DNA of 64,000 bases from a virus, in IMG/VR virus record IMGVR_UViG_3300042691_047309, positions 1-64,000 of that record; one strand, given 5' to 3'. Shown here one piece after another: positions 1 to 7,069 of this stretch. Position numbers and translations under genes: made by a program. Every line of letters begins with the position of its first letter. The first letter of the stretch is position 1. Under the pieces are notes generated by a model. It saw only the letters and a list, made by a program, of their open reading frames with translations, made no database searches and was not told the DNA's origin.

Positions 1-20
1 ATTTTATATATATTTGCATT

Positions 21-497
21 ATGAATTTAAAAGAACCATTTGTTATACTTCTTGTTGGTCCAACTTTATCGGGTAAATCTACCTGGATAAGAAATAACTA
101 TCCAAATGTAAATGTTATTTCTAGAGACGAAATAGTTATGGAAGTTGCTGGAACCAGAGATTATAATAAAGCATTTAATACTGTTGATCATAAGTTAGTT
201 GATAAAGTTTTAGCAGAAAGACTCACCGAATCAAACTCCAATAAAACATCGACTATTGTTGATATGACAAATATGACAGTAAAAAGAAGAGAACAAACTT
301 TGAGATATTTTGACGATAGTTTTTACAAAGTTGCTGTTATATTTCCTATACTTTCTGATGATGAATATCAAAAGAGAAACATCGATAGAAATGCAAAAGA
401 GAATAAGTGGATACCACCAACTGTTATTAAATCAATGATTGATTCTTATCAAGAGCCTACTACTGTAGAGGGATTTGATAATATTATTTCTCTATAA
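21..497 (+). CDS. P-loop kinase, AAA_33 / polynucleotide-kinase-like
   Basis: Walker A GPTLSGKS, ISRDEI, IVDMTN, and a lid-like RNxxR, as in T4 Pnk-type kinase domains. Confidence 0.75.
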   Translation: MNLKEPFVILLVGPTLSGKSTWIRNNYPNVNVISRDEIVMEVAGTRDYNKAFNTVDHKLVDKVLAERLTESNSNKTSTIVDMTNMTVKRREQTLRYFDDSFYKVAVIFPILSDDEYQKRNIDRNAKENKWIPPTVIKSMIDSYQEPTTVEGFDNIISL

Positions 498-511
498 AAA
501 ATCCTTAAAAT

Positions 512-543
512 TTTGGTAAAATCGAATATTTATACTATATTTG
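512..543 (+). promoter_or_regulatory. Bacteroidota primary-sigma promoter (-33 TTTG / -7 TAnnTTTG)
   Basis: TTTG 512-515, 20-nt spacer, TATATTTG 536-543, upstream of ORF 564. Confidence 0.75.
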
Positions 544-563
544 TATAAATAATAACGATATAT

Positions 564-920
564 ATGATTTCTACTGAGCACGTAATTGACTTTGACAACT
601 TAGTTCTAACAGATAAAGATGTTTTTGACGATTGGGAATATCTTATTTGCGAGCACGATGGTAGTTATAGTCAAGACTCACAATACCTTTATTTTGATTA
701 TAAAGGATTGGAAGTTGTGATTGGTTTTGAATTGACTATCAGAGGATGGTCTTGGTATAAACCATCATCATATATGGAACCAGAAGATGGTGAAACTAAA
801 ATTACTGATGTTGAGATAGATGTTGATTTCTTCTCAATTGAAGATGAAGAGGTAACCATTGATAAAGACTTGAAAAAGAATTTATTAGAGGTAGTAAAGA
901 AATATGTTAGTTATGAATAA
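564..920 (+). CDS. hypothetical acidic protein
   Basis: ORF behind a host-type promoter; no motif recognised. Confidence 0.6.
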   Translation: MISTEHVIDFDNLVLTDKDVFDDWEYLICEHDGSYSQDSQYLYFDYKGLEVVIGFELTIRGWSWYKPSSYMEPEDGETKITDVEIDVDFFSIEDEEVTIDKDLKKNLLEVVKKYVSYE

Positions 921-1230
921 AGTTTATTTTAACAAAGAAGAAAATTATTGGTTTGTAAATGAACCAGAAGATTTCTATTCCTTTAAATTTGTTAATATTG
1001 AAACTAACAAAGAGTCAAGTCAGATTTTATCATGGACTAGAGGACTTGGATTAGAAGAATATCCACATCATATTAGAATGTATGATGTTGATATTGAGGA
1101 TGTAAAATATTTCTTTCTTATGAGAAAAGAAGAAACATATTATATAATTGAATCTGAAAATCCAATGGAATTGGAAAAACTTATAAATAATCACAACATA
1201 TTTTTTGTAGGTGAAACTATGAATTCTTAG
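904..1230 (+). CDS. hypothetical protein
   Basis: ORF overlapping the upstream gene end; true start may be M4. Confidence 0.55.
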   Translation: MLVMNKVYFNKEENYWFVNEPEDFYSFKFVNIETNKESSQILSWTRGLGLEEYPHHIRMYDVDIEDVKYFFLMRKEETYYIIESENPMELEKLINNHNIFFVGETMNS

Positions 1231-1232
1231 TT

Positions 1233-1243
1233 TTAATATATAC
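1233..1243 (+). promoter_or_regulatory. putative phage late promoter TTAATATATAC
   Basis: Same WATATATA motif precedes many genes (2163, 5716, 36667, 42261, 55284, 63297); resembles T4 late TATAAATA. Confidence 0.55.
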
Positions 1244-1248
1244 TCCTA

Positions 1249-2103
1249 ATGAAAGTAAGAAAATTAGGAGATTGGAAACCAAAAGTTTTGGTTTTTCAGG
1301 GATCACCCAGAGATCCAGACACTTGTGCAAACATGGAGTCAAAAACTCATAAGATTGTTGAGTATATGATTTCTAAGTGGTCTCCATTTGTTAATTTTCA
1401 AGTAATTGATCTTTCAGTAAATCATTCAAAAAAACCAATAATTCAACCTTGTAAAGGTTGTGTTTCTACTGCTGGTGGATTTCACTGTCATTTTCAGTGC
1501 TCTTGTTTTTTTAAAGGAGACTCTGAAAAGCCAGACCTTCTAAAAGAACAAGACGTTTATACTAAACTTCAGGATTGTGATGCTTTTATCATAGTATCAC
1601 CAATACATTGGCATTCACTCACTGCTCAAATTAAGACTCTTTTTGATCGTTTAGTTTGTATCAATCAAACGCTTACGGTTGATGATGCAAAGAAATTAAT
1701 GGGAGACGACAATATAAAGAATTCAGAAATCACTGGTAAGTTTTCACGTTCTGGAAAATATGATCATTTATTAAGAAATCATCTTGAAGGAAAAGTTGCT
1801 GCCTTTTATGCTCATGGAGACAACGGAGCTGACGACTATGAAGGAAAAGAATTACCAGATTCATATTCAGATGTTTTTGATGATGGATTTGGTAATAATC
1901 CAAAAGCGACGGTAATGCCTTATGTGATGCAATTGAAATACTCTGGTGTTTATGTTCCTAATGAGTTAATAGAAGCATTCTATGTAAATCAAGGAATTGA
2001 TTATAACTTGGCAAATAAAACATTTAACAATACTAAAGATTTTTTTGATAGAGCTGATAATCTTTTAGAAAACCTACTAACTTATTTAGAAGAAAATAAA
2101 TAA
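1249..2103 (+). CDS. flavodoxin-fold NADPH-dependent FMN reductase / iron-sulfur flavoprotein-like
   Basis: FQGSPR FMN loop, CKGC-x8-C-x3-C cluster, SPIHW, KTLFDRL. Confidence 0.8.
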   Translation: MKVRKLGDWKPKVLVFQGSPRDPDTCANMESKTHKIVEYMISKWSPFVNFQVIDLSVNHSKKPIIQPCKGCVSTAGGFHCHFQCSCFFKGDSEKPDLLKEQDVYTKLQDCDAFIIVSPIHWHSLTAQIKTLFDRLVCINQTLTVDDAKKLMGDDNIKNSEITGKFSRSGKYDHLLRNHLEGKVAAFYAHGDNGADDYEGKELPDSYSDVFDDGFGNNPKATVMPYVMQLKYSGVYVPNELIEAFYVNQGIDYNLANKTFNNTKDFFDRADNLLENLLTYLEENK

Positions 2104-2176
2104 AGTATGAGATTATTAGAAATTTTTTTCTAAAATGAATATTAAAAATTGAATTGACAAAGTTAATATATAGAAT

Positions 2177-2686
2177 ATGAATTATCTAAAAAAGTTTAAT
2201 GAAGAAGTTGGTTTTGATGATGAGGAAACAAGAGATAGACTTGAAATACCCAATCTTAGAGGAGAATTTGAACCATATAGTCCAACTATGAAACCTTACT
2301 ATGTTCCAAGTGGTAAAATAAATACTTCTACTGAACTTAAAAAAATTCTTTTTAGATATCCTATATTAGAAGATTTTCATAAAGATTCAAAAAGAATAGA
2401 AGGTTCTATTTTAGAATCTTTTTATGCAACAAGTAAAACTCCTGTTAATGGAGAAGATTTTTACGCACAATTATCATTTGCTTTTCATGAAGGTCAGTAC
2501 TATATTGGTACTATTCTCAGAGATAGGTTGGATTGGAATAATGAAGAAAAATGGGTAAAGCATACTTTCTTTTTTGATAAAATAGAAGAGACTTTTTCGG
2601 TTGCAGAATCTTTTTTAAAATGTTGCGATAAACTTGGAATACTAGATTCTGATGATTTATCAAAATTTGACTCACTTTTTAATTAA
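2177..2686 (+). CDS. hypothetical protein with N-terminal capsid-targeting-like tag
   Basis: MNYLKKFNEE start; TTAATATATAG upstream. Confidence 0.65.
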   Translation: MNYLKKFNEEVGFDDEETRDRLEIPNLRGEFEPYSPTMKPYYVPSGKINTSTELKKILFRYPILEDFHKDSKRIEGSILESFYATSKTPVNGEDFYAQLSFAFHEGQYYIGTILRDRLDWNNEEKWVKHTFFFDKIEETFSVAESFLKCCDKLGILDSDDLSKFDSLFN

Positions 2687-2709
2687 TTTTTCATTTTTTT
2701 CTTAAAATA

Positions 2710-2741
2710 TTTGGTGAAATTAAATTCTTGCCTTATCTTTG
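2710..2741 (+). promoter_or_regulatory. Bacteroidota-type promoter for the tRNA-Tyr-like gene
   Basis: TTTG-N20-TATCTTTG. Confidence 0.75.
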
Positions 2742-2754
2742 TATTCACAACGAT

Positions 2755-2842
2755 GGGGAAGTTCCAGAGCGGCAAATGGAGTTACATAGTAATGTGACTG
2801 GTCTCAAAAGATCTTCGGTGGTTCGAGTCCAACCCTTTCCCA
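2755..2842 (+). tRNA. atypical tRNA-Tyr-like gene (8-nt anticodon loop ATAGTAAT, bulged T-stem)
   Basis: Acceptor GGGGAAG/CTTTCCC+A, Tyr-type D arm CCAGAGCGGCAAATGG, long variable arm, TTCGAGT T-loop. Confidence 0.7.
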
Positions 2843-2862
2843 CAAAATAAAATAAAAAAAGA

Positions 2863-2894
2863 TTTGGTAGATTGAAAAAGTTTACTTATCTTTG
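2863..2894 (+). promoter_or_regulatory. Bacteroidota-type promoter for a small structured RNA
   Basis: TTTG-N20-TATCTTTG. Confidence 0.75.
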
Positions 2895-2900
2895 TAAAAC

Positions 2901-2982
2901 AAATCACGGGTGGCTCCCTTAATAGTTAAGGCTGACCTTAAGCATCCACCGAGAGGTATACAGGGGCGAAAGTGATTTTTTT
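2901..2982 (+). ncRNA. unassigned ~80-nt structured RNA, possibly pseudoknotted
   Basis: Closing stem AAATCAC/GTGATTT, hairpins TTAAGG-CTGA-CCTTAA and ACC-GAGA-GGT, crossing pairings GGGTG/CATCC and TCCCT/AGGGG; own promoter and 3' T-run. Confidence 0.6.
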
Positions 2983-3064
2983 AAAATTAGACATTTAAGA
3001 TAGCCTAATCGGAAACAAATCGGAAACGTCTGATATAAGTTAAACAAAAATTTTTACAAAAAGA

Positions 3065-3096
3065 TTTGGTCAAAATAAAAAAAGTTCATATCTTTG
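3065..3096 (+). promoter_or_regulatory. Bacteroidota-type promoter for the tRNA-fMet / large ncRNA operon
   Basis: TTTG-N20-TATCTTTG. Confidence 0.75.
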
Positions 3097-3134
3097 TAAA
3101 ACAAATAAGAAATAAGAAATATAAAAATACACAT

Positions 3135-3207
<73 letters not shown>

Positions 3208-3213
3208 CAAAGA

Positions 3214-3258
3214 GTTCTCAACGGAGAACAACGTTCTTTGACATATTGATCTTTAACA
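3214..3258 (+). promoter_or_regulatory. rRNA-leader-like boxB hairpin plus tandem boxA antitermination sites
   Basis: Hairpin GTTCTC-AACG-GAGAAC, then GTTCTTTGACATATTG and TGATCTTTAACA (one mismatch to E. coli boxA TGCTCTTTAACA). Confidence 0.5.
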
Positions 3259-4090
3259 GTCGGTTTCGACTGACTGTGAAAAGAAGGGCGGCTTATAGTC
3301 CTTAAAATAAACCGTGAAAGCGGGATAAAGTAAATAGAATAGCTAAATCTGTTTGCGTCTTGAATCTTCGGATTTGAGGTCGAGTAAGCAAGTGGGACAC
3401 CACAAAACCTTATTAGTCGAGGGTAACACTGTAGATGAAATGGATTTGTGACCAGGCAATTGTAGTTGTTTGGTTGACCTCGGAAGAGGAATAGGATTAA
3501 CCCATAGGATTGTTGCAAGAAGTAGTGACTCACCGGTTGTTATCATTGCGGAATCCAACTTAATAGGTATCTTAAAGTTGAAAGACAATCATTCGTACAG
3601 GTGGTGCTGTTGTTTGACACTTTTCTCTCTACCAGGGGAGTTATGGTGAAGATATCTTGAAGAGTTGTGGTGGAGGCATCACACGGAGTAGTTCAGTATT
3701 CTTGAGGTCAAAAGCTTTGAGAGCTGAGAGGTAACCACTACTTCGACACAATCTACAAAGCACTAAATTTCACTATTAATGAAACATTTAAAAAGGAAAT
3801 CAAAAGTGTTACCTAGTTACTGATGAAAAGTACCTACTTAGTCGTGAGTGTTCACGGCCACTGAAGCTCGAAAGGCTGATGTGATTTCATCGAAAAGCTT
3901 ATAGAGGGTCGAACCTCGAGTCAGCTCGCAAGGTTGAGTAAGTGGATTAAATGGAGAGTAATTAGTAACTTAAGGAGTGGTTAGTCTAACTAACCGGTAC
4001 TGACAGAGTACTTCTCAAAAGGAAGTGGATAAGAAGGGAAACCATAATCTAACAAAAGTTCTGTCGTAATAAGGTGTAATCTCAACCTTT
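3256..4090 (+). ncRNA. large ornate ncRNA, GOLLD-like
   Basis: ~840 nt, richer in GC than its flanks, no plus-strand ORF, many UUCG/GNRA hairpins (ACAGTCGGT-TTCG-ACTGACTGT, CCGT-GAAA-GCGG, CCTC-GGAA-GAGG), inside a phage tRNA cluster; boundaries approximate. Confidence 0.65.
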
Positions 4091-4093
4091 TCT

Positions 4094-4140
4094 GGTCGGT
4101 TCATAGGAACCTCTGAGAGCGAGACTCAGACCGACCTCAA
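4094..4140 (+). ncRNA. minimal tRNA-like element (acceptor + T arm only)
   Basis: 7-bp GGTCGGT/ACCGACC stacked on 5-bp CTGAG/CTCAG with a 7-nt loop, then N-CAA as in neighbouring tRNAs. Confidence 0.5.
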
Positions 4141-4220
4141 AGTTTTCGTAGTGGTTAACTTCCCTTTAATTAGGGAGTCTGTCATAGACAGGATGGGTAC
4201 TTAACCCCATACTAAATCTT

Positions 4221-4326
4221 GGCCCGTTCGTCTAGAGGACTCTTAAAAGAGATACAGAAACTTTGTGAACGTAGAGGACGCCTAACTTTTCATTAGGAGA
4301 CATGGGTTCGAATCCCATACGGGCTA
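4221..4326 (+). tRNA. tRNA with Glu-type body, ~33-nt D-loop insertion and register-shifted anticodon loop
   Basis: Acceptor GGCCCGT/ACGGGCT, D-stem GTCT/GGAC, anticodon arm CCTAA-CTTTTCA-TTAGG, T arm ATGGG-TTCGAAT-CCCAT. Confidence 0.75.
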
Positions 4327-4383
4327 CTTATTTCTTTTATTTATAATATCAGATATATTCAAAATTTATGTATAATAAAATAT

Positions 4384-4487
4384 GGTCCTTTAGCTCAGTA
4401 GGTTAGAGCAACTGACTCTAAGTGTTATAAGTAAATTAACACAACGTTATAATCAGTAGGTCCACGGTTCGAACCCGTGAAGGACCA
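4384..4487 (+). tRNA. tRNA with Ile-type body and a 30-nt insertion in the anticodon loop
   Basis: Perfect acceptor GGTCCTT/AAGGACC, normal D and T arms, stem ACTGA/TCAGT enclosing 37 nt instead of 7. Confidence 0.85.
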
Positions 4488-4488
4488 C

Positions 4489-4519
4489 AAATCCATCAAA
4501 AAATTTGGTGGGTTTTTTT
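4489..4519 (+). terminator. intrinsic terminator of the RNA cluster, overlapping the next promoter
   Basis: ATCCATCAAA/TTTGGTGGGT stem plus T-run; TTTG-N20-TATATTTG at 4504-4535. Confidence 0.6.
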
Positions 4520-4540
4520 ATTTTTATTATATTTGTTATT

Positions 4541-4804
4541 ATGAATATTTTCACAAAAGCTGAACTAACTAGAGTATTATCAATAAAAGTAAAGGAAGAT
4601 GAGATAAAAAACTTTTGCCTGACCGATACTTATTTACATATTCAAAAATCAAAGAGGACTAGTTTTACTTTTAAATTATCTGATATATCTGATAAGATTT
4701 TGATAAAAGTTATTCGTAAAAAAACACCAAATCCTTCTGTTCAAAATATAAAAGATTTTTACAAGTCGGAAATTAGAAATTCAAAAATTTTAGAAATACT
4801 ATAA
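4541..4804 (+). CDS. hypothetical protein with C-terminal RxxK[IL]xx[IL] tag
   Basis: Start moved to ATG 4541 after the promoter; ends IRNSKILEIL. Confidence 0.65.
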   Translation: MNIFTKAELTRVLSIKVKEDEIKNFCLTDTYLHIQKSKRTSFTFKLSDISDKILIKVIRKKTPNPSVQNIKDFYKSEIRNSKILEIL

Positions 4805-5145
4805 TGAGTCCAGAAAGAGTACTATATCACATAGATAACCAAGTTTTGGATAAAATTAATTTAGGCCAAAGATGGGATGATATAATTGAATATTTAACTT
4901 CAAATGTAAAAAGATATAAAAAGAGAGACGCTTATATTCAGGTAAGTGAAAAATATCTTATAAATAACTGGGAAAGGATAGAGTGGAAAAAAAGAATGAC
5001 AACAATGCTTGTTATACAATCTATGAGAAGAATTTCAGATATAAAATGGATAAGCGAAAATCATAACAAATTTCCAAGATATAGTTCCCATAAAATGTAT
5101 AAATTAGTATCATTAAAGGATAAATTAAAGGCTAATATATGTTAG
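4804..5145 (+). CDS. hypothetical protein
   Basis: TAATG-coupled ORF. Confidence 0.6.
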   Translation: MSPERVLYHIDNQVLDKINLGQRWDDIIEYLTSNVKRYKKRDAYIQVSEKYLINNWERIEWKKRMTTMLVIQSMRRISDIKWISENHNKFPRYSSHKMYKLVSLKDKLKANIC

Positions 5146-5474
5146 AAAAACTTTGGAAAGACATTGAACTCATTTATGAATCTCAATTTAGATTACTAAA
5201 AAAACCAGGATATGTAGATGATATTATAATTATGTCACAAGATAATTATTACTACATACACCAAATTTCTAAAAGAATTGAAATCAAGATAGAAAAGAAT
5301 TACAACTTAGTTAGAATGTGGGGTGGTGATATACCATATGATATAACAAATTATAAAATTTATGTTAAAAGGGGTGACCAAATATACACCTCTGAAAACT
5401 CTATGATTGAATTGACTTATAAAATAATAACACCTCTTCTAAGAGATTCTAAATTAAAACAAATTGGAGTATGA
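5139..5474 (+). CDS. hypothetical protein with C-terminal tag
   Basis: Ends LRDSKLKQIGV. Confidence 0.65.
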   Translation: MLEKLWKDIELIYESQFRLLKKPGYVDDIIIMSQDNYYYIHQISKRIEIKIEKNYNLVRMWGGDIPYDITNYKIYVKRGDQIYTSENSMIELTYKIITPLLRDSKLKQIGV

Positions 5475-5713
5475 AAACATGGTATATGAAATTCAAATTA
5501 GGAGACGTTGTAAAATCAAAATGGAATACCTATGATAAAGATTCTTCTTGTATAGTTGATAGAATATATCAAAGACAAGACAAAATAGATATGGTGAGAT
5601 TGAAGTTTTATTATAACGGTGAAGAGAAGAGAATTAATGTTCCTGCACATTCTTGTGAAATAGACATATCATACGTCAGAAATGATAAGTTGAATAAACT
5701 TTTTGATAGTTAA
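5471..5713 (+). CDS. small SH3/KOW-like hypothetical protein with C-terminal tag
   Basis: FKLGDVV start; ends VRNDKLNKLFDS. Confidence 0.6.
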   Translation: MKTWYMKFKLGDVVKSKWNTYDKDSSCIVDRIYQRQDKIDMVRLKFYYNGEEKRINVPAHSCEIDISYVRNDKLNKLFDS

Positions 5714-5750
5714 ATTTAATATATACAATCTAAGTAAATAGTAGATAGAA

Positions 5751-6245
5751 ATGAATATTGAAATTGAAAGAAAGTTCCTCCTAAAGGCAATACCAAAAGG
5801 GGAACCAGTTGAAACCATTGAGATCTTTCAGTGGTATCTGAAAAATTCAGAGGGAATTTGGGAAAGAGCCAGATCCTGCTATTCTGATGTTAAAGGTTTT
5901 TATTTTGTTCACACAATCAAAAAGAATATTGCTCCTGGTATAAATGAAGAAGATGAAAAAATAATCACATCTGAAGAATTTAACCAGTTTGTAGAAAGAT
6001 GTAAAGTCTCACAATCAAAATATATTTCTAAAGAAAGACTAATCTACCCTGATGGTGATTTAAAATGGGAGGTAGATGTTTTTAATAATGGTCACCATCT
6101 TATTGTTGCTGAAATTGAAGTTCCATCTATGGAATATGAAGTTCAAATTCCTAAGTTTATTTCAGATAGACTTCTGATGGAAGTTACTGGAATGAAACAG
6201 TTTGGTAACAGAAACCTATCCAATAAATATGTTAGAAAAAGTTAG
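5751..6245 (+). CDS. CYTH-domain (triphosphate tunnel) protein
   Basis: EIERKFL, KER, WEVDVF, VAEIE motifs. Confidence 0.85.
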   Translation: MNIEIERKFLLKAIPKGEPVETIEIFQWYLKNSEGIWERARSCYSDVKGFYFVHTIKKNIAPGINEEDEKIITSEEFNQFVERCKVSQSKYISKERLIYPDGDLKWEVDVFNNGHHLIVAEIEVPSMEYEVQIPKFISDRLLMEVTGMKQFGNRNLSNKYVRKS

Positions 6246-6468
6246 AAAAGTCAAAGTAATTTTGACTTTGGATGATGTATTTCAAAAAGGTGAAACACTT
6301 TTTGAATTTTTGGACTATCCAGACCATTTTTATAAAGAAGATAATATTAAAGATTTTATTAATATTAAAACTATTTGTGAATATGGTCCATTTGAAATGT
6401 GGTTTGAAGAGTTAAAACCTGTTGAAAAAGAAAAAACACCTCAGTATAAACTTCTAATTTCTAAGTGA
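6229..6468 (+). CDS. hypothetical protein
   Basis: Likely ATG at 6229 (MLEKVRK). Confidence 0.5.
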   Translation: MLEKVRKVKVILTLDDVFQKGETLFEFLDYPDHFYKEDNIKDFINIKTICEYGPFEMWFEELKPVEKEKTPQYKLLISK

Positions 6469-6478
6469 TATAATTTTT

Positions 6479-7069
6479 ATGAACGAAAAATTAGAACTTA
6501 GAATGTATGGCTTAGTCCCCTACAATATTTCCGCCATCCAACAAGCAATTCAATTTGGACATGCTGTTGTCGAATATGGTCAGATGGTTAAACAACCACA
6601 ATCTCTTAGTAAGATGGCTATTAATGCTTCTTTTATTTATGATGATTGGGCTGATAATTGGAAGACCTTTATAGTACTTAATGGAGGTACAACTAATCAT
6701 AGAAACAATGATGATGGTCTTCCATTTGGAACTCTTAATAACCATGTTTTGGCATTGGATGAAAATAGAATTGATTTTGCAACTTTTAATGAACCTGATT
6801 TAGGTGATCAATTGACATCGGTTGTTTTTATTGTTGATGAAAGAGTTTTCAATCGTAAAAGATATCCTGATTTTGAAGATTGGGTTATGAATAATTATGG
6901 AGAATTGGTGAGAACAGATTACTACACGTCATCTTATATGTTAGCTCAAAAAATTAAAAATTCGGATAGTAAAGCTGATAAAAAAGTTTATGAAGAATGG
7001 ATAAAATTTGTTGGTGGAAATAAGAATGTCTTTTTAAGAGATTTTTTGAAAAATTTTAAATTAGCATGA
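6479..7069 (+). CDS. peptidyl-tRNA hydrolase PTH2-like protein
   Basis: QAIQFGHAVVEY, WKTFIVL, FNEPDLGDQLTSV match the PTH2-fold pattern of phage homologues. Confidence 0.65.
   Translation: MNEKLELRMYGLVPYNISAIQQAIQFGHAVVEYGQMVKQPQSLSKMAINASFIYDDWADNWKTFIVLNGGTTNHRNNDDGLPFGTLNNHVLALDENRIDFATFNEPDLGDQLTSVVFIVDERVFNRKRYPDFEDWVMNNYGELVRTDYYTSSYMLAQKIKNSDSKADKKVYEEWIKFVGGNKNVFLRDFLKNFKLA

Noticed and set aside
1249-1275. MKVRKLGDW as a member of the N-tag set
   Set aside because: Late motif is present, but the aromatic and F-E-S positions do not match; left uncounted
2901-2982. Naming it a theta/HDV, pistol, twister or hammerhead ribozyme
   Set aside because: Only partial resemblance; conserved cores could not be fitted, and it does not abut a tRNA 3' end
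3256-4090. rRNA, tmRNA, RNase P or group I/II intron identity for the long non-coding region
   Set aside because: No universal rRNA motifs, tmRNA termini, RNase P P4 signature (GAGGAAAGUCC) or interrupted host gene seen; judged by eye only
4384-4487. Amber suppressor tRNA implying a TAG-recoded genome
   Set aside because: Known genes are full length in code 11 and several genes end cleanly at TAG; CUA is only one of four possible registers and no BHB motif supports a 37/38 intron
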